Notes: generated by a model not told the origin, from the letters alone. Positions 27,929 through 38,393 are shown, counted from the first letter of the stretch. The stretch is DNA of 64,000 bases from Minisyncoccia bacterium (GCA_044229265.1 JBGATK010000005.1:14963-78962), one strand, 5' to 3'. Translations and numbers: made by a program.

Positions 27929-29245
27929 TTATTTTCTTTTTAACCACTCAGGTTCTTGGCGCACGAGGAGGTGGGATTTATTTTTTGTATCTTTTAGAAT
28001 TCGCTCTACTGCACGTTCCATGCGCATACCTTGTGAGCCTTTTACTAAAACCAAATCACCCTTTTTTACAAATAAATGAAGAAAGTCGCCAGCTTCACGG
28101 GAATTATTGAATTCAAAAACATTTGTAGCTCCTTCTAAGAAATCACCATTACCCATACCATACTTTTCTGCTTCTTCTTTTATGAATTTTGCGCGAGGAC
28201 CTACTACTACCAAAACATCAGCTACTTTGGCTACTAAGGCGCCTATTTCTCTGTGTGCTTCTTCGGTATGACGGCCGAGCTCGAGCATGTCACCCAAAAC
28301 TGCAATATTGCGCCCTTTATTTTTAATTTCTTTTAAAGTTTTAAGAGCAAATTTAAGTGCAGTAGGTGAAGAATTATAAGTATCATCTAAAATCAAACTA
28401 TCGTTTATGCCGTAAAGTAAACAAAGTCGGCCTGGTGGAAAATTATAAGTTTCAAGAGCGCTGATAGCTTCTATGATATTAAAATTACTTGCATAGGCTA
28501 CAGAAAGGCCAGCGAGCGTAGCATAAATATGATTGCGTCCAAAAACACCACGCAAAACTACTGGCAAACTTTTACCTTCGATATTTACATGAAAAGAAAG
28601 ACCTTCAGGATTTTTATCTTTGCCATAAAAAATACTTTCATTTTCAGCAGAAAGAGTAGCTTCTTTGTCAAAACCAAAAGTAACGGTTTTATTTTTAGAT
28701 TCTAGGCGCATATCATACACGGATTCATCATCACGATTTAAAATAAGTGTGCCCTCTTTTTTTAGAGTTTTAATTAAAGCAGATTTTTCTGCTATTAGGT
28801 GTTCGCGTGAATTAAAGAATTCTATATGCACCGGAGTTTCTCCTATGGCTGTTTCAATAACTATATCGGTCTTGAGCCAAGAAGCTGTTTCGGCCATATC
28901 GCCAGGCTTGCCTACACCTACTTCTAAAACTAAAGTTTTCGGATATTTATGAGGATAAATTATAAGCCAGAAGCCACGAATAATGTTCCAAATCCAAGAA
29001 ATTGGGTTGTTCCACGCATTCGGCAGGCCAAGTATAGTAAGGGGTAAACCTATTTCACTATTATAACTTTTGGCACTTTTACGAACATAAGTAAAACGAG
29101 AAAGCACAGCAAAAACAGCATCTTTGGTTGAAGTTTTACCAACCGAACCAGTAATAGCTATAATTTTTGGTTTGTATTTTGCTATAACTAATTTTGATTG
29201 AAAACGTAAAATCCTATAAATAATTTTTTTAAAATATATTTTCAT
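27929..29245 (-). CDS. murF: UDP-MurNAc-tripeptide--D-Ala-D-Ala ligase
   Basis: ITGSVGKTSTK, DDTYNSSP, LGDMLELG, LVKGSQGMRME. Confidence 0.95.
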   Translation of the reverse strand: MKIYFKKIIYRILRFQSKLVIAKYKPKIIAITGSVGKTSTKDAVFAVLSRFTYVRKSAKSYNSEIGLPLTILGLPNAWNNPISWIWNIIRGFWLIIYPHKYPKTLVLEVGVGKPGDMAETASWLKTDIVIETAIGETPVHIEFFNSREHLIAEKSALIKTLKKEGTLILNRDDESVYDMRLESKNKTVTFGFDKEATLSAENESIFYGKDKNPEGLSFHVNIEGKSLPVVLRGVFGRNHIYATLAGLSVAYASNFNIIEAISALETYNFPPGRLCLLYGINDSLILDDTYNSSPTALKFALKTLKEIKNKGRNIAVLGDMLELGRHTEEAHREIGALVAKVADVLVVVGPRAKFIKEEAEKYGMGNGDFLEGATNVFEFNNSREAGDFLHLFVKKGDLVLVKGSQGMRMERAVERILKDTKNKSHLLVRQEPEWLKRK

Positions 29246-29252
29246 GGCTAGT

Positions 29253-30959
29253 TTATCTATCTGGTGGAACTTCGTAATAATTTATTAAAAATTTACTAAT
29301 ACGTGAAAATGGATCAGCCCAAGTTTGGCTAGCATAAGGCACACCTTTTGGATGCACAGCATACAGAAATACTATAAATTTTGGGTCAAAAGCTGGAAAA
29401 TAACCGAAAAATGAATGAGTATTCCTATCTTCATAGTAGCCTCCCTCGTCCAAATTCGCAACTTGCCCAGTTCCTGTTTTTATAGCCACGCTATAATGCT
29501 CGAGTTTCAGTTCGCCATTTCGCAGTGATTTGTCCATAACCCCAACTAGCATTCTACTTATCTCTTCGCTAGTATTTTTAGTAATTTTTGTTTGCACATT
29601 TTCATATTTTAATTCTTTAAAAGTTCCATCACTATAACGAATTTTTGAAACTAAATGCGGAGTGACCAACAAGCCACCATTGCCAAGTGATGCCAGTGCT
29701 CGCACAAGCTCAAATGGAGTAAGTGCAATACCTTGCCCGAAAGATGCATTGGCATACTCTAAATCACGTGGAGAATTTAAATTCGCTACAAGGCCAGAAG
29801 TTTCATTTGGTAAATCTATACCGGTTTTATTTTTTATTCCATAGCCCAGCATATAATCACGAAATTTTTCTTTGCCGAGTTTTTGATATACAAAAACCAT
29901 ACCAGTATTAAGTGATTGGTTGAGCACATCTTGCATACTGGTATTTGGGCCACGGCCCTTTTTGTCAAAATTAAAAATTTCTTTTTTATCTATTATTACC
30001 GAACCTTTATCAGTATATGTAGTATCAGATTTTAAAACACCTTCATTTAGTGCGCTAGCCATTACCAATGGTTTTACTACTGAACCAAATTCAAGGACAT
30101 TTTCGACTAGTGGATTAGAAAAAGTTTTTGTATTTTCAACTTTTGAAAAATTATTTAAATCAAAATCTGGTTTTACTGAAAGCGCATATATTGAACCATC
30201 TTTTGGATTCATAATTATAGCCCCCAGAGAATCGGGATTATATTTATCGTATACTAGTTTTAGTTCGCGCTCTAAATTTGCTTGCACTACAGGTTCGATA
30301 GTACTAACAAGATCACCCTCCCGATTATCATTTTCAAAAAAAGTTTTATTGATATTTGAAAAAACTTCAGCAAAAAAATTCACATAAGGATTCTCGATTT
30401 TACGTGAAAGCTCGGTATTGTAATACCGCTCTAAACCATAACGGCCAGATAAATCATCGCCATTATAAGCCACAAAACCAATAGAGTGAGATGCTAAATT
30501 ATCTCCTGGATAAAAACGCCACTTTTCTTTAAAAACAGAAATACCTTTCAATTTCAGTGCTGAAATTTTATCAGCTTCTTTTTTATCTAATTTATGAATC
30601 ACTTCTTCGTAGCTATCAGTCGGACTTATTTTATCGAAATTCTCCTTGGAAAAATTTTTAATAGAATTTAATTTTTCATAGACCGCCTCACGATCTTTGA
30701 TTTTCGTCATATCCACGGCTACCTTGTAACCTGAGAGCTGAGTTGCCCCAGAAATTAGTTTGCCATCTTTACGAGTAAGTAAAATTGCTCCGCGCTCGAA
30801 TACATCGCTCGTTGGTGTAGCGTATTGCCTATCGGCCAAATCACGATAAGTATTTTTATTTATAATTTGCAGTAAAAAAAGCTTACCTATTAGGATAAGC
30901 GCGAAAAGTAGTATGAGAAAAGAAAAAATTCTATTACGTGAAAAAATTTTAGCGAACAT
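29253..30959 (-). CDS. ftsI: Class B penicillin-binding protein
   Basis: SxxK (SVVK), SxN (SLN) and KTG motifs; dcw context. Confidence 0.9.
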   Translation of the reverse strand: MFAKIFSRNRIFSFLILLFALILIGKLFLLQIINKNTYRDLADRQYATPTSDVFERGAILLTRKDGKLISGATQLSGYKVAVDMTKIKDREAVYEKLNSIKNFSKENFDKISPTDSYEEVIHKLDKKEADKISALKLKGISVFKEKWRFYPGDNLASHSIGFVAYNGDDLSGRYGLERYYNTELSRKIENPYVNFFAEVFSNINKTFFENDNREGDLVSTIEPVVQANLERELKLVYDKYNPDSLGAIIMNPKDGSIYALSVKPDFDLNNFSKVENTKTFSNPLVENVLEFGSVVKPLVMASALNEGVLKSDTTYTDKGSVIIDKKEIFNFDKKGRGPNTSMQDVLNQSLNTGMVFVYQKLGKEKFRDYMLGYGIKNKTGIDLPNETSGLVANLNSPRDLEYANASFGQGIALTPFELVRALASLGNGGLLVTPHLVSKIRYSDGTFKELKYENVQTKITKNTSEEISRMLVGVMDKSLRNGELKLEHYSVAIKTGTGQVANLDEGGYYEDRNTHSFFGYFPAFDPKFIVFLYAVHPKGVPYASQTWADPFSRISKFLINYYEVPPDR

Positions 30960-31302
30960 TTTTAGCCAATTTTACATTATCAATATTTAAGCGAGTAGCA
31001 TAAAAAATTTTAGTATCTTTAAAACCAAGACTATGTGAGTAATCCAGATCAATAATGCTACCTTTTTCTAAATATTCAAGTTCAAGTGCGCTTAAAACAT
31101 TTGTGAGATCCCTCGCTTCTATTTCAAGTGTTCTTCGCTCTATAATATTTGTAACTAAATTCCCTAATATAAATACATAACCCAAAGCCAAAAGACCAAA
31201 AGCATAAAAAATAGATTTTAAAATACGTGCATTCAAATCTACATGGTGTATCACAGTAGCGTTATTTGCGTATTTATTTATATGCACATTTATTTTATTC
31301 AT
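30949..31302 (-). CDS. FtsL-like cell division protein
   Basis: One TM plus coiled coil; lies between rsmH and ftsI. Confidence 0.65.
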   Translation of the reverse strand: MNKINVHINKYANNATVIHHVDLNARILKSIFYAFGLLALGYVFILGNLVTNIIERRTLEIEARDLTNVLSALELEYLEKGSIIDLDYSHSLGFKDTKIFYATRLNIDNVKLAKNVR

Positions 31303-31312
31303 ATTTTTATTT

Positions 31313-32212
31313 TTATAATTTTTCAATAATTCGTAATTTTGCACTTCGAGAACGAGGATTTTCTTTCTTTTCTGCGTCACTCGCCTCTATGGGTTTTTTA
31401 TTAATTAATTTTGCAAAATTATCTTGGCTAAGATTTCTAAAAAAATTCTTTACAATCCGATCCTCTAAGCTATGGAAACTAATCACGGCTATTCTGCCTC
31501 CAGAATTTAAAACTTTTACTCCTTTATACAGTCCTTCAGAAAGTGCTTGCAATTCATCGTTTACGGCTATACGCAAAGCCTGAAATGTGCGAGTAGCAAA
31601 ATGAATTTTTTGTCTTTTATAAAATGCAGGCAAAGCTTCATCAAGCACATTTACTAAATCAAAAGTAGTTTCAAATTTCTTTATCTTGCGATGTTCTACT
31701 ATAGCTTTGGCTATTTTTCGTGAAAATCTTTCCTCGCCATAACCATAAATAATACTTGCTATATTTTCTTCGTCCCAAGTATTTAAAATTTCTTTTGCGG
31801 TTAAAGTAGCCTTGGTAATTTTTGAAGACAAAGTCATAAGTAATGGCTCATCTTTTTTAAAAGAAAAACCTCTGCCCACTTCATCTAATTGGTCGCTCGA
31901 GAAACCGAGGTCCATCATCACGGCATCTACGCCGCCCTCTACTACTTCATCTAAATTGCGAAAATTTATATTATGAAAAGTAATTTCGCAAGAAAGATCT
32001 TTAAATTTATCTCCAGCTCTATCAAAAGCCCCAGCATCTTGATCTATAGCGATAATATTTATATCTTTATATCTTCTGCAAATTTCGCTACTATGCCCAC
32101 CGCCACCAAAAGTAGCGTCCAATACTGTAGCACCATCAGACAAATTCAAACCATCTATAACTTCATTTAAAAGAACACTAATATGCACACTACTCTTTTC
32201 TTTATCTATCAT
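31313..32212 (-). CDS. rsmH: 16S rRNA m4C1402 methyltransferase
   Basis: HISVLL, DATFGGGGHS, FQALRIAVNDEL, SFHSLEDR, NPRSRSAKLR. Confidence 0.97.
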   Translation of the reverse strand: MIDKEKSSVHISVLLNEVIDGLNLSDGATVLDATFGGGGHSSEICRRYKDINIIAIDQDAGAFDRAGDKFKDLSCEITFHNINFRNLDEVVEGGVDAVMMDLGFSSDQLDEVGRGFSFKKDEPLLMTLSSKITKATLTAKEILNTWDEENIASIIYGYGEERFSRKIAKAIVEHRKIKKFETTFDLVNVLDEALPAFYKRQKIHFATRTFQALRIAVNDELQALSEGLYKGVKVLNSGGRIAVISFHSLEDRIVKNFFRNLSQDNFAKLINKKPIEASDAEKKENPRSRSAKLRIIEKL

Positions 32213-32651
32213 TTCTTTTTTGGGCTAATTTTTCTGCTAATTCGGCTGAATCTTTTTCTGACTTTTCTTTATACTCTGCCCAAACTTTATCGTTCCAGAT
32301 TTCGAGGCGATCCTCTACGCCTACTATAGCAACACTGCCTTTTAGCTTTAACTTTTCTTTCAAAAATTCTGGAATTAAAATTCTGCCAATACTATCTACC
32401 TCGACTTCTGCGGCACGGCCAAACATGTATCTATTAAAACTACGCTGATCGCTCTCTAAAAATGAAAGCTCTCCTTTACTGCTAGTTAAATTTTTAACCA
32501 CATTTACCCAATCAGAATTTTTGAAAACGAATAAACAATTATCAATGCCTGGAGTGATAATGATTTTCTTGCCCAATTCCTTGCGGAATTTCACCGGCAT
32601 AGAAACACGGTTCTTTTCATCTATTGTGTGAATATATTCGCCGATAAGCAT
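32202..32651 (-). CDS. mraZ: Transcriptional regulator MraZ
   Basis: GEYIHTIDEKNRV, VDSIGRILIP, LEIW. Confidence 0.96.
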   Translation of the reverse strand: MLIGEYIHTIDEKNRVSMPVKFRKELGKKIIITPGIDNCLFVFKNSDWVNVVKNLTSSKGELSFLESDQRSFNRYMFGRAAEVEVDSIGRILIPEFLKEKLKLKGSVAIVGVEDRLEIWNDKVWAEYKEKSEKDSAELAEKLAQKRNDR

Positions 32652-32693
32652 AAAATTTTTGCTAAAAAATCATTATCACTACTAAACATTGAT

Positions 32694-32742
32694 TTCCCAC
32701 TTTTTCCCACTTGATATACATTATACGCCACTTGTTCCCACT
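32694..32742 (-). promoter_or_regulatory. MraZ operator (GTGG direct repeats at about 10-bp spacing)
   Basis: Plus strand CCCAC at 32696, 32706 and 32737, CCAC at 32728, flanking a -10 box. Confidence 0.75.
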
Positions 32743-32758
32743 GAGCAAAATCCCCTAT

Positions 32759-32767
32759 TGTGGATAA
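32759..32767 (-). promoter_or_regulatory. Perfect DnaA box upstream of the mraZ promoter
   Basis: TGTGGATAA on plus strand (TTATCCACA on minus). Confidence 0.55.
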
Positions 32768-32853
32768 CTTATTTCACCAGATTTTGCATTTTTTTCTCTT
32801 TTATGGCATAATAAAATTAGAAAAAATATTGTTTAACCTTTAAAAAATTCCTT

Positions 32854-32997
32854 ATGGGAAAACATAAAAAAATATTGGAGAAAATTTTAAAAAAAATTAT
32901 TATTGCAATACCAGCTGCATATTACAATGGCTGTTTAAGCACAGTAATGCATCTTGAAGTGCAAAAAGAAAGAACTTTAATTTTGTTAAACCAATAA
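32854..32997 (+). CDS. Possible small hypothetical protein (47 aa)
   Basis: Manual translation MGKHKKILEKILKKIIIAIPAAYYNGCLSTVMHLEVQKERTLILLNQ; no recognisable motif. Confidence 0.35.
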   Translation: MGKHKKILEKILKKIIIAIPAAYYNGCLSTVMHLEVQKERTLILLNQ

Positions 32998-33009
32998 AAA
33001 AAGTAATGT

Positions 33010-33216
33010 ATGAGAAAATGGACTTTGTTTTCAATAAAGAATCTTTTGACACAAGAAGAAATTAAATTAGTTTCTGCTGTAAAAAATACAGATGGCGAAA
33101 TTAATTGGGGTATCACAAAAGAACCTCGAAGATTTAAAAACACAAACGCAAAAGTATCGGGCGTTTGGGATGTTGTAAATAATCCGCAATTCTTCCAAAT
33201 CAAAAGATTAGATTAA
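33010..33216 (+). CDS. Small hypothetical protein
   Basis: 68-aa ORF followed by a terminator. Confidence 0.5.
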   Translation: MRKWTLFSIKNLLTQEEIKLVSAVKNTDGEINWGITKEPRRFKNTNAKVSGVWDVVNNPQFFQIKRLD

Positions 33217-33252
33217 AAAAACATTTTTCATAATATAAAAATTTCATAATAT

Positions 33253-33282
33253 AAAAACCCGGACTTGTTCCGGGCTTTTTTT
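33253..33282. terminator. Bidirectional intrinsic terminator
   Basis: AAAAA-CCCGGA-cttgt-TCCGGG-CTTTTTTT between convergent genes. Confidence 0.8.
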
Positions 33283-33293
33283 ATTTCCAAAAT

Positions 33294-34760
33294 TTATTCA
33301 ATATTGTGTTTCGGGCGCATGAGGGGGAAAAATTGGGTTTCGCGTATAGGTTTGTCGGCAAGGAAAGCAAAAAGCATTTCACCAAAACCAAAGCCACAAG
33401 TAGGTGGCATGCCGTATTCCAGCATTTCGACGAATTCATAATCTGGCATCATGGCCTCTTTATCACCTTTTGCTATTAAATCTTGCTGGACCTCAAAACG
33501 CCTAGCTTGATCTATAGGGTCATTTAATTCAGAAAAACCGTTTCCCACTTCAGAGCCAGCAATGATAACCTGAAATCTTTCAGTTAGTTCAAAATTTTCT
33601 TGCATAGATTTTGAAAGCGGAGATACGAGTTTTGGGTGGCCAGTCAAAAATACTGGGCCTGAAATTTTCTTTCTACAATATTTCCAAAGTGTATCGACAA
33701 GGCGCTCCATAGTATCGCCATCGTAAACTACACCTAGACTTTCAAGTTTTTTCTTTACTTCTTCATATGTAGTATCGAGTACATCTATACCAGTTTCTTT
33801 CTTTACAGTTTCTCTATAATCTATCTTTTCCCACCGCCCTCCCAAATCAAATTTATGACCACGAGTTTCAAATTCTGTTTTACCAAATACATCAAGTGCA
33901 ATTTTTTTATAAAGTTCTTCTACTAATTTCATGCCGTCTTTATAATTCGCATAAGCCCAGTAAAATTCCATATTCATAAATTCTTGCAAGTGATTCGCAT
34001 CCGAACCTTCGTTTCGATAAGCTCGCCCTATCTCAAAAGTTTTCATAAAACCAGCCGCCATTAACCTTTTTTGCCAAAGTTCGCCGATAGATATACGCAA
34101 ATAAAGCGGAAGTTTAAAATCTTCATTATAAGTTTTAAATGGCGTAGCTTCGGCGCCGCCTGTAGTTACTTCAAGAGTTGGCGTTTCTATTTCTGTAAAA
34201 CCATGCTCTTTCATAAAATTGCGAGTAGTTTCCCAAAATTTAGTTTTCTTCATTAATAAATCTTTAACTTCTGTGTCTGTGAGTATGTCTAAATATCTTT
34301 TGCGAAAACGCTCTTCGATATCAGTAAGCCCACTCCATTTCTCAGGAAGTGGTAAGAGGGATTTGGTTAAAATATTCCAATCGACAGCTTCGATACTCTT
34401 CTCGCCTCTTTTAGTTATGAAAAGTTTGCCTTTTATTTCAACAAAGTCACCAATATCGATAACTTCATTCCAAAAATTAAGTTTCTCTTCTCCTAAAACA
34501 TCTAATTTTAATAAGCCTTGAAAATTCGCAGAGCCATCAAAAAGCGTCGTAAAAATTATCGCGCCTTGGCCACGAAGTGACATAACTCTACCGCCCAGCC
34601 ACACTTCCTCGCCACTTTTTTCTAAGTTTTCAAAATTCAAAATAGCCTCATTTAAGGACATAGAGATATGGGTTTCTGCAGGATAAGGATTTATACCCTT
34701 GTCTTGTATAACTTTTAACTTTTTTATGCGAACATCTCGAATCTCATCTATAGATGACAT
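33294..34760 (-). CDS. lysS: Lysine--tRNA ligase (class II)
   Basis: RFRKRYLD, GGAEATPF, YRNEG, FSELNDP, YGMPPTCGFG. Confidence 0.97.
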   Translation of the reverse strand: MSSIDEIRDVRIKKLKVIQDKGINPYPAETHISMSLNEAILNFENLEKSGEEVWLGGRVMSLRGQGAIIFTTLFDGSANFQGLLKLDVLGEEKLNFWNEVIDIGDFVEIKGKLFITKRGEKSIEAVDWNILTKSLLPLPEKWSGLTDIEERFRKRYLDILTDTEVKDLLMKKTKFWETTRNFMKEHGFTEIETPTLEVTTGGAEATPFKTYNEDFKLPLYLRISIGELWQKRLMAAGFMKTFEIGRAYRNEGSDANHLQEFMNMEFYWAYANYKDGMKLVEELYKKIALDVFGKTEFETRGHKFDLGGRWEKIDYRETVKKETGIDVLDTTYEEVKKKLESLGVVYDGDTMERLVDTLWKYCRKKISGPVFLTGHPKLVSPLSKSMQENFELTERFQVIIAGSEVGNGFSELNDPIDQARRFEVQQDLIAKGDKEAMMPDYEFVEMLEYGMPPTCGFGFGEMLFAFLADKPIRETQFFPLMRPKHNIE

Positions 34761-34774
34761 TGTTTTAAAAAAAA

Positions 34775-35242
34775 TTATGCTACGTTTGTAATTTTATATT
34801 CCACTTTTCCTTTTGGTGTACTTACTTCTACTTTATCACCTTTTTTCTTGCCAAAAAATGCTTCACCGAGTGGAGAGCGATTGGAAATTTTACCTTGAGA
34901 CATATCTGCTTCTTCACTGCCAACTATTTGAAATACTTTTTCATCTTTATTGTCAGTGCGAATTGTGGTCACCATTGAGCCTATCTCGATAATATCTCCG
35001 CCTCCACCAGAAACAGTTTCTGAAGATTGTAAGACTTCTTCTATTTTAGAAATTCGTTCTTCTAATTTAGCTTGATCTTCACGAGCTTGATGATATTCAG
35101 CATTTTCTGATAAATCACCCAAACTTTTAGCATATGCCAGTGCCTCTAATATTTCCTTTCTCTTTGCGCCTTTTAAATCAGCGAGTTCAACCTCGAGAGA
35201 TGTCCTCTTTTCTTTTGTTATATAATCTTTTCCTTTTTGCAT
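34775..35242 (-). CDS. greA: Transcription elongation factor GreA
   Basis: GDLSENAEY, IVGSEEAD, ISNRSPLG. Confidence 0.97.
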   Translation of the reverse strand: MQKGKDYITKEKRTSLEVELADLKGAKRKEILEALAYAKSLGDLSENAEYHQAREDQAKLEERISKIEEVLQSSETVSGGGGDIIEIGSMVTTIRTDNKDEKVFQIVGSEEADMSQGKISNRSPLGEAFFGKKKGDKVEVSTPKGKVEYKITNVA

Positions 35243-35306
35243 AACTAAAGCATATACTTTTTCCTAAAATATTGCAATAAATTTTAAATATGGTAATATT
35301 TCCTGT

Positions 35307-35534
35307 ATGTCAAAAACAGTTATAGAAATCAAGAAAAATCCAAATGAAAACAATGCTTCAGTATTGCGTCGTTTTTCTCGTAAAGTTCAAGAATCTAGTA
35401 TCATCCAAAAAGTAAAAGGTGGTCGCTATAATGAACGCAAAGAAAGTAAGGTTAAAGTAAAGAAAAGCACACTCAAGCGCCTGGCTCGTCGTAAAGAAGT
35501 AGAGAAGTTAAAAAAACTCGGTAAGATAAAATAA
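35307..35534 (+). CDS. rpsU: 30S ribosomal protein S21 (CPR type)
   Basis: Basic 75-aa protein, IEIKKNPNE...LRRFSRKVQ...RY pattern. Confidence 0.75.
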   Translation: MSKTVIEIKKNPNENNASVLRRFSRKVQESSIIQKVKGGRYNERKESKVKVKKSTLKRLARRKEVEKLKKLGKIK

Positions 35535-35990
35535 ATGCATAGTGAGAAATTTTCAATAATAAATAAAACAAAGGGCAAGCTTGTAAGCTTGCCCTTTCCT
35601 CGTATCAAAGATGATATTTTGGGAAAAAATTATGAATTGTCTCTGGTAATAGCTACACCAAAAATTTCCAAAGAACTGAATTCTGAATATCGTGCGAAAA
35701 ATTATCCGACCAATGTATTATCTTTCTCTTTAGAGAAAAATTCTGGTGAAATAATATTATGCCCTTCTGTTATAAAAAAAGAAGCTATAAATTTTGAAAA
35801 AACTTTTACTGAATTTTTTGGTTTTTTAGTTATCCACGGAATGCTTCATTTGAAAGGAATGACGCATGGGAGTATAATGGATAAACAAGAACAAAAATAT
35901 TATGCGAAGTATTTCAGTAGGAATAGATATAGGCTCGAAGACCACAAAAGTCGTCGTAGCGGAGTTCGTAAAGGGAGAAAAAAATCCTAA
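35535..35990 (+). CDS. ybeY: rRNA maturation endoribonuclease YbeY
   Basis: LN.EYR.K..PTNVLSF, GEIIL, HGMLHLKGMTH. Confidence 0.93.
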   Translation: MHSEKFSIINKTKGKLVSLPFPRIKDDILGKNYELSLVIATPKISKELNSEYRAKNYPTNVLSFSLEKNSGEIILCPSVIKKEAINFEKTFTEFFGFLVIHGMLHLKGMTHGSIMDKQEQKYYAKYFSRNRYRLEDHKSRRSGVRKGRKKS

Positions 35991-37062
35991 AATTTTAGGC
36001 GTTGGTGAATTTGAAAATAAAGGTATGCGTGATGGATATGTAATATCTCCTCGTGAAGCAATTTCTTCTCTTAAGAATGCAATAGCCCAAGCCGAAAAAA
36101 CATCTGAGGTTAAAATCCGCCGAGGAATACTAGCCCTATCTGGCGCAACTCTGCGCGGAGATGTAGTCATGGGTAGTGCAATTATTTCAAAAGCCGATGG
36201 TGAAGTTACAAATTTGGATATATCAAAAGCTTTAAATGAAGCAGAAAGTAATGCGAATCTAACAAATAGAAAAACAGTTCAAGTATTACCTATTGCCTAC
36301 AAATTAGACGGCAAAGAAATTTTAGGACGTCCACATAATATGCATGGAAATAAGTTAGAAGTAAAAGCTTTGGTGATTTCTTGCTCTGAACAACACTTAG
36401 ACGATATGCTAGAAGTAGCTGTGAAATCTGGAATAGAAATTTTAGACGTAGTGCCGAGTGCAATATCAGCTAGTGAATACGCATTATCTGCTAAACAAAA
36501 ACAAGTAGGAGTTATGCTGGTAAATATAGGTGCTGAAACCACTTCTCTTATAGTTTACGAAAATGGCACCATTGTTTCCCTTTATACTTTTCCTATCGGT
36601 GGTGAAGACATTACAAATGATGTAGCTCTAGGATTAAAAGTATCACTAGAAGATGCAGAAAAAATAAAATTAGGAGAAATTGCTGGTAGTATTTCCAAAA
36701 GAAAAGTAGATGAAATCATAGAAGCACGCTTAGCTGATATTTTTGAAACAATAGATAATCATTTAAAAAAAATAAAACGTTCCGAATTATTACCTGCTGG
36801 AGTTTTCTTTGTAGGTGGCACAGCAAATATAGCCGGCCTCGAAGAATTATCTAAAGATTATTTGCGATTACCCGCACGCATAGGTACGACAGAAATTTTT
36901 GGAAATATTAAAACAAAACTACGTGATCCTGCATGGCTACCTGTACTTGGACTTTTAAATAGTGAAAAAACTCACAATGGTTTCGATGAAAGTAAGACTC
37001 ATAATATTTTTAAAGAATTTAAACAAATAATTCGTTCATTTACCAGGCAACTGATGCCTTAA
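35902..37062 (+). CDS. ftsA: Cell division protein FtsA
   Basis: GIDIGS, NIGAETT, GGEDITNDVA, LLPAGV..VGG; upstream of ftsZ. Confidence 0.95.
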   Translation: MRSISVGIDIGSKTTKVVVAEFVKGEKNPKILGVGEFENKGMRDGYVISPREAISSLKNAIAQAEKTSEVKIRRGILALSGATLRGDVVMGSAIISKADGEVTNLDISKALNEAESNANLTNRKTVQVLPIAYKLDGKEILGRPHNMHGNKLEVKALVISCSEQHLDDMLEVAVKSGIEILDVVPSAISASEYALSAKQKQVGVMLVNIGAETTSLIVYENGTIVSLYTFPIGGEDITNDVALGLKVSLEDAEKIKLGEIAGSISKRKVDEIIEARLADIFETIDNHLKKIKRSELLPAGVFFVGGTANIAGLEELSKDYLRLPARIGTTEIFGNIKTKLRDPAWLPVLGLLNSEKTHNGFDESKTHNIFKEFKQIIRSFTRQLMP

Positions 37063-37169
37063 TTGTCAAATTACTAACGTATATATGTATATTTGCTTTT
37101 TTTTGGGAAAGAGCTATTATGAATTTGTTAATTAATATTAAATCTGCTTTGCAGAAAAGAAGTAAATAT

Positions 37170-38393
37170 ATGCCTAAAATAAACCCTGAAATAGAAAGTT
37201 TTGCTCGAATTATGGTCATCGGCGTCGGTGGCTCTGGTAAAAATGCAGTAAACCACATGATATCTTCAAAAGTAAAAGGAGTTTCTTTTATCTGCATGAA
37301 TACCGATACTCAAGACTTGCACCACTCCCTCGCAGAAAAGAAAATTCATATTGGTAAGAACTTAACTAAAGGCTTAGGTGCTGGTATGAATCCAGAAATA
37401 GGTAAAAAAGCTGCCGAAGAAACTAAGTCAGAAATCCAAGATGTAGTCAAAGGTGCAGATATGATATTTATAGCTTGCGGTATGGGTGGAGGCACAGGCA
37501 CAGGTGCTGCACCTATCGTAGCTCGTATAGCACGTGAACAAGGTATACTAACCGTAGCTGTAACCACCAAGCCATTTATTTTCGAAGGTGCTCATCGTAT
37601 GCGCCTAGCTGAAAAAGGAATTGAGGAGCTAGCTCGTGAAGTAGATGCAATAATAACTATTCCAAATGACAAGCTATTGCAACTAGCAGATAAAAATACA
37701 AATTTCAAAGATGCTTTCGCAATGTGCGACAATATTTTGCGCCAAGCAGTCGAAGGTATTTCTGACCTTATAACTACTCCTGGTATTATCAATGTAGACT
37801 TTGCTGACATTAAAGCAGTGATGCAAGACGCGGGATCAGCCCTCATGGGCATAGGTATAGCTAGTGGTGAAAAACGTGCAGAACAAGCAGCATTGCAAGC
37901 TATCAATTCCCCACTTCTCGAAGTTTCTATAAATGGTGCTAAGGGTGTACTCTTTGCTATTTCTGGTGGCGACGATATCACTATTCATGAAATTCAAGAA
38001 GCTGCTAAAATAATTACAGAATCTATCGATAAAGATGCGAAAGTTATTTTTGGGACTATTCGTGATGAAAAAATGAAAAAAGGTGAAATCAAAGTTACTG
38101 TTATCGCTACCTCTTTTGGTACTGATGCTCCAAAGAGAAGCTTATTTGCTGGCACACCTCTTACAAATCAAACTCCAGTAAAAGAAGAAACTGCACCAAT
38201 TGTAAAAAAAGAAGTTCGAAATACTATTGAACAAAATATAAACCCAAATCCTGCACCTACTCCAATACAAAATCCAGGAAGTGAATTCTTGCGTAAAGTA
38301 GAGAAAAAAATAGAACCAGAAGAAATAATTATAGATGATGACAATGACGATTGGTCTGCAGTGCCTGCATTTCTCCGCAGAAACAAAAAGTAA
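37170..38393 (+). CDS. ftsZ: Cell division protein FtsZ
   Basis: GGGTGTG tubulin motif, INVDFAD, C-terminal VPAFLRR. Confidence 0.98.
   Translation: MPKINPEIESFARIMVIGVGGSGKNAVNHMISSKVKGVSFICMNTDTQDLHHSLAEKKIHIGKNLTKGLGAGMNPEIGKKAAEETKSEIQDVVKGADMIFIACGMGGGTGTGAAPIVARIAREQGILTVAVTTKPFIFEGAHRMRLAEKGIEELAREVDAIITIPNDKLLQLADKNTNFKDAFAMCDNILRQAVEGISDLITTPGIINVDFADIKAVMQDAGSALMGIGIASGEKRAEQAALQAINSPLLEVSINGAKGVLFAISGGDDITIHEIQEAAKIITESIDKDAKVIFGTIRDEKMKKGEIKVTVIATSFGTDAPKRSLFAGTPLTNQTPVKEETAPIVKKEVRNTIEQNINPNPAPTPIQNPGSEFLRKVEKKIEPEEIIIDDDNDDWSAVPAFLRRNKK

Noticed and set aside
28110-28165. Small apparent insertion in MurF (GNGDFLEGATN)
   Set aside because: No inverted repeat at the DNA level; treated as ordinary loop variation
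33226-33257. Tandem 16-bp duplication TTTCATAATATAAAAA x2
   Set aside because: AT-rich two-copy duplication beside a terminator; most likely replication slippage
35902-35990. 89-nt ybeY/ftsA overlap as a possible frameshift or recoding site
   Set aside because: Both proteins are complete; it is explained by stop-codon loss giving YbeY a basic tail
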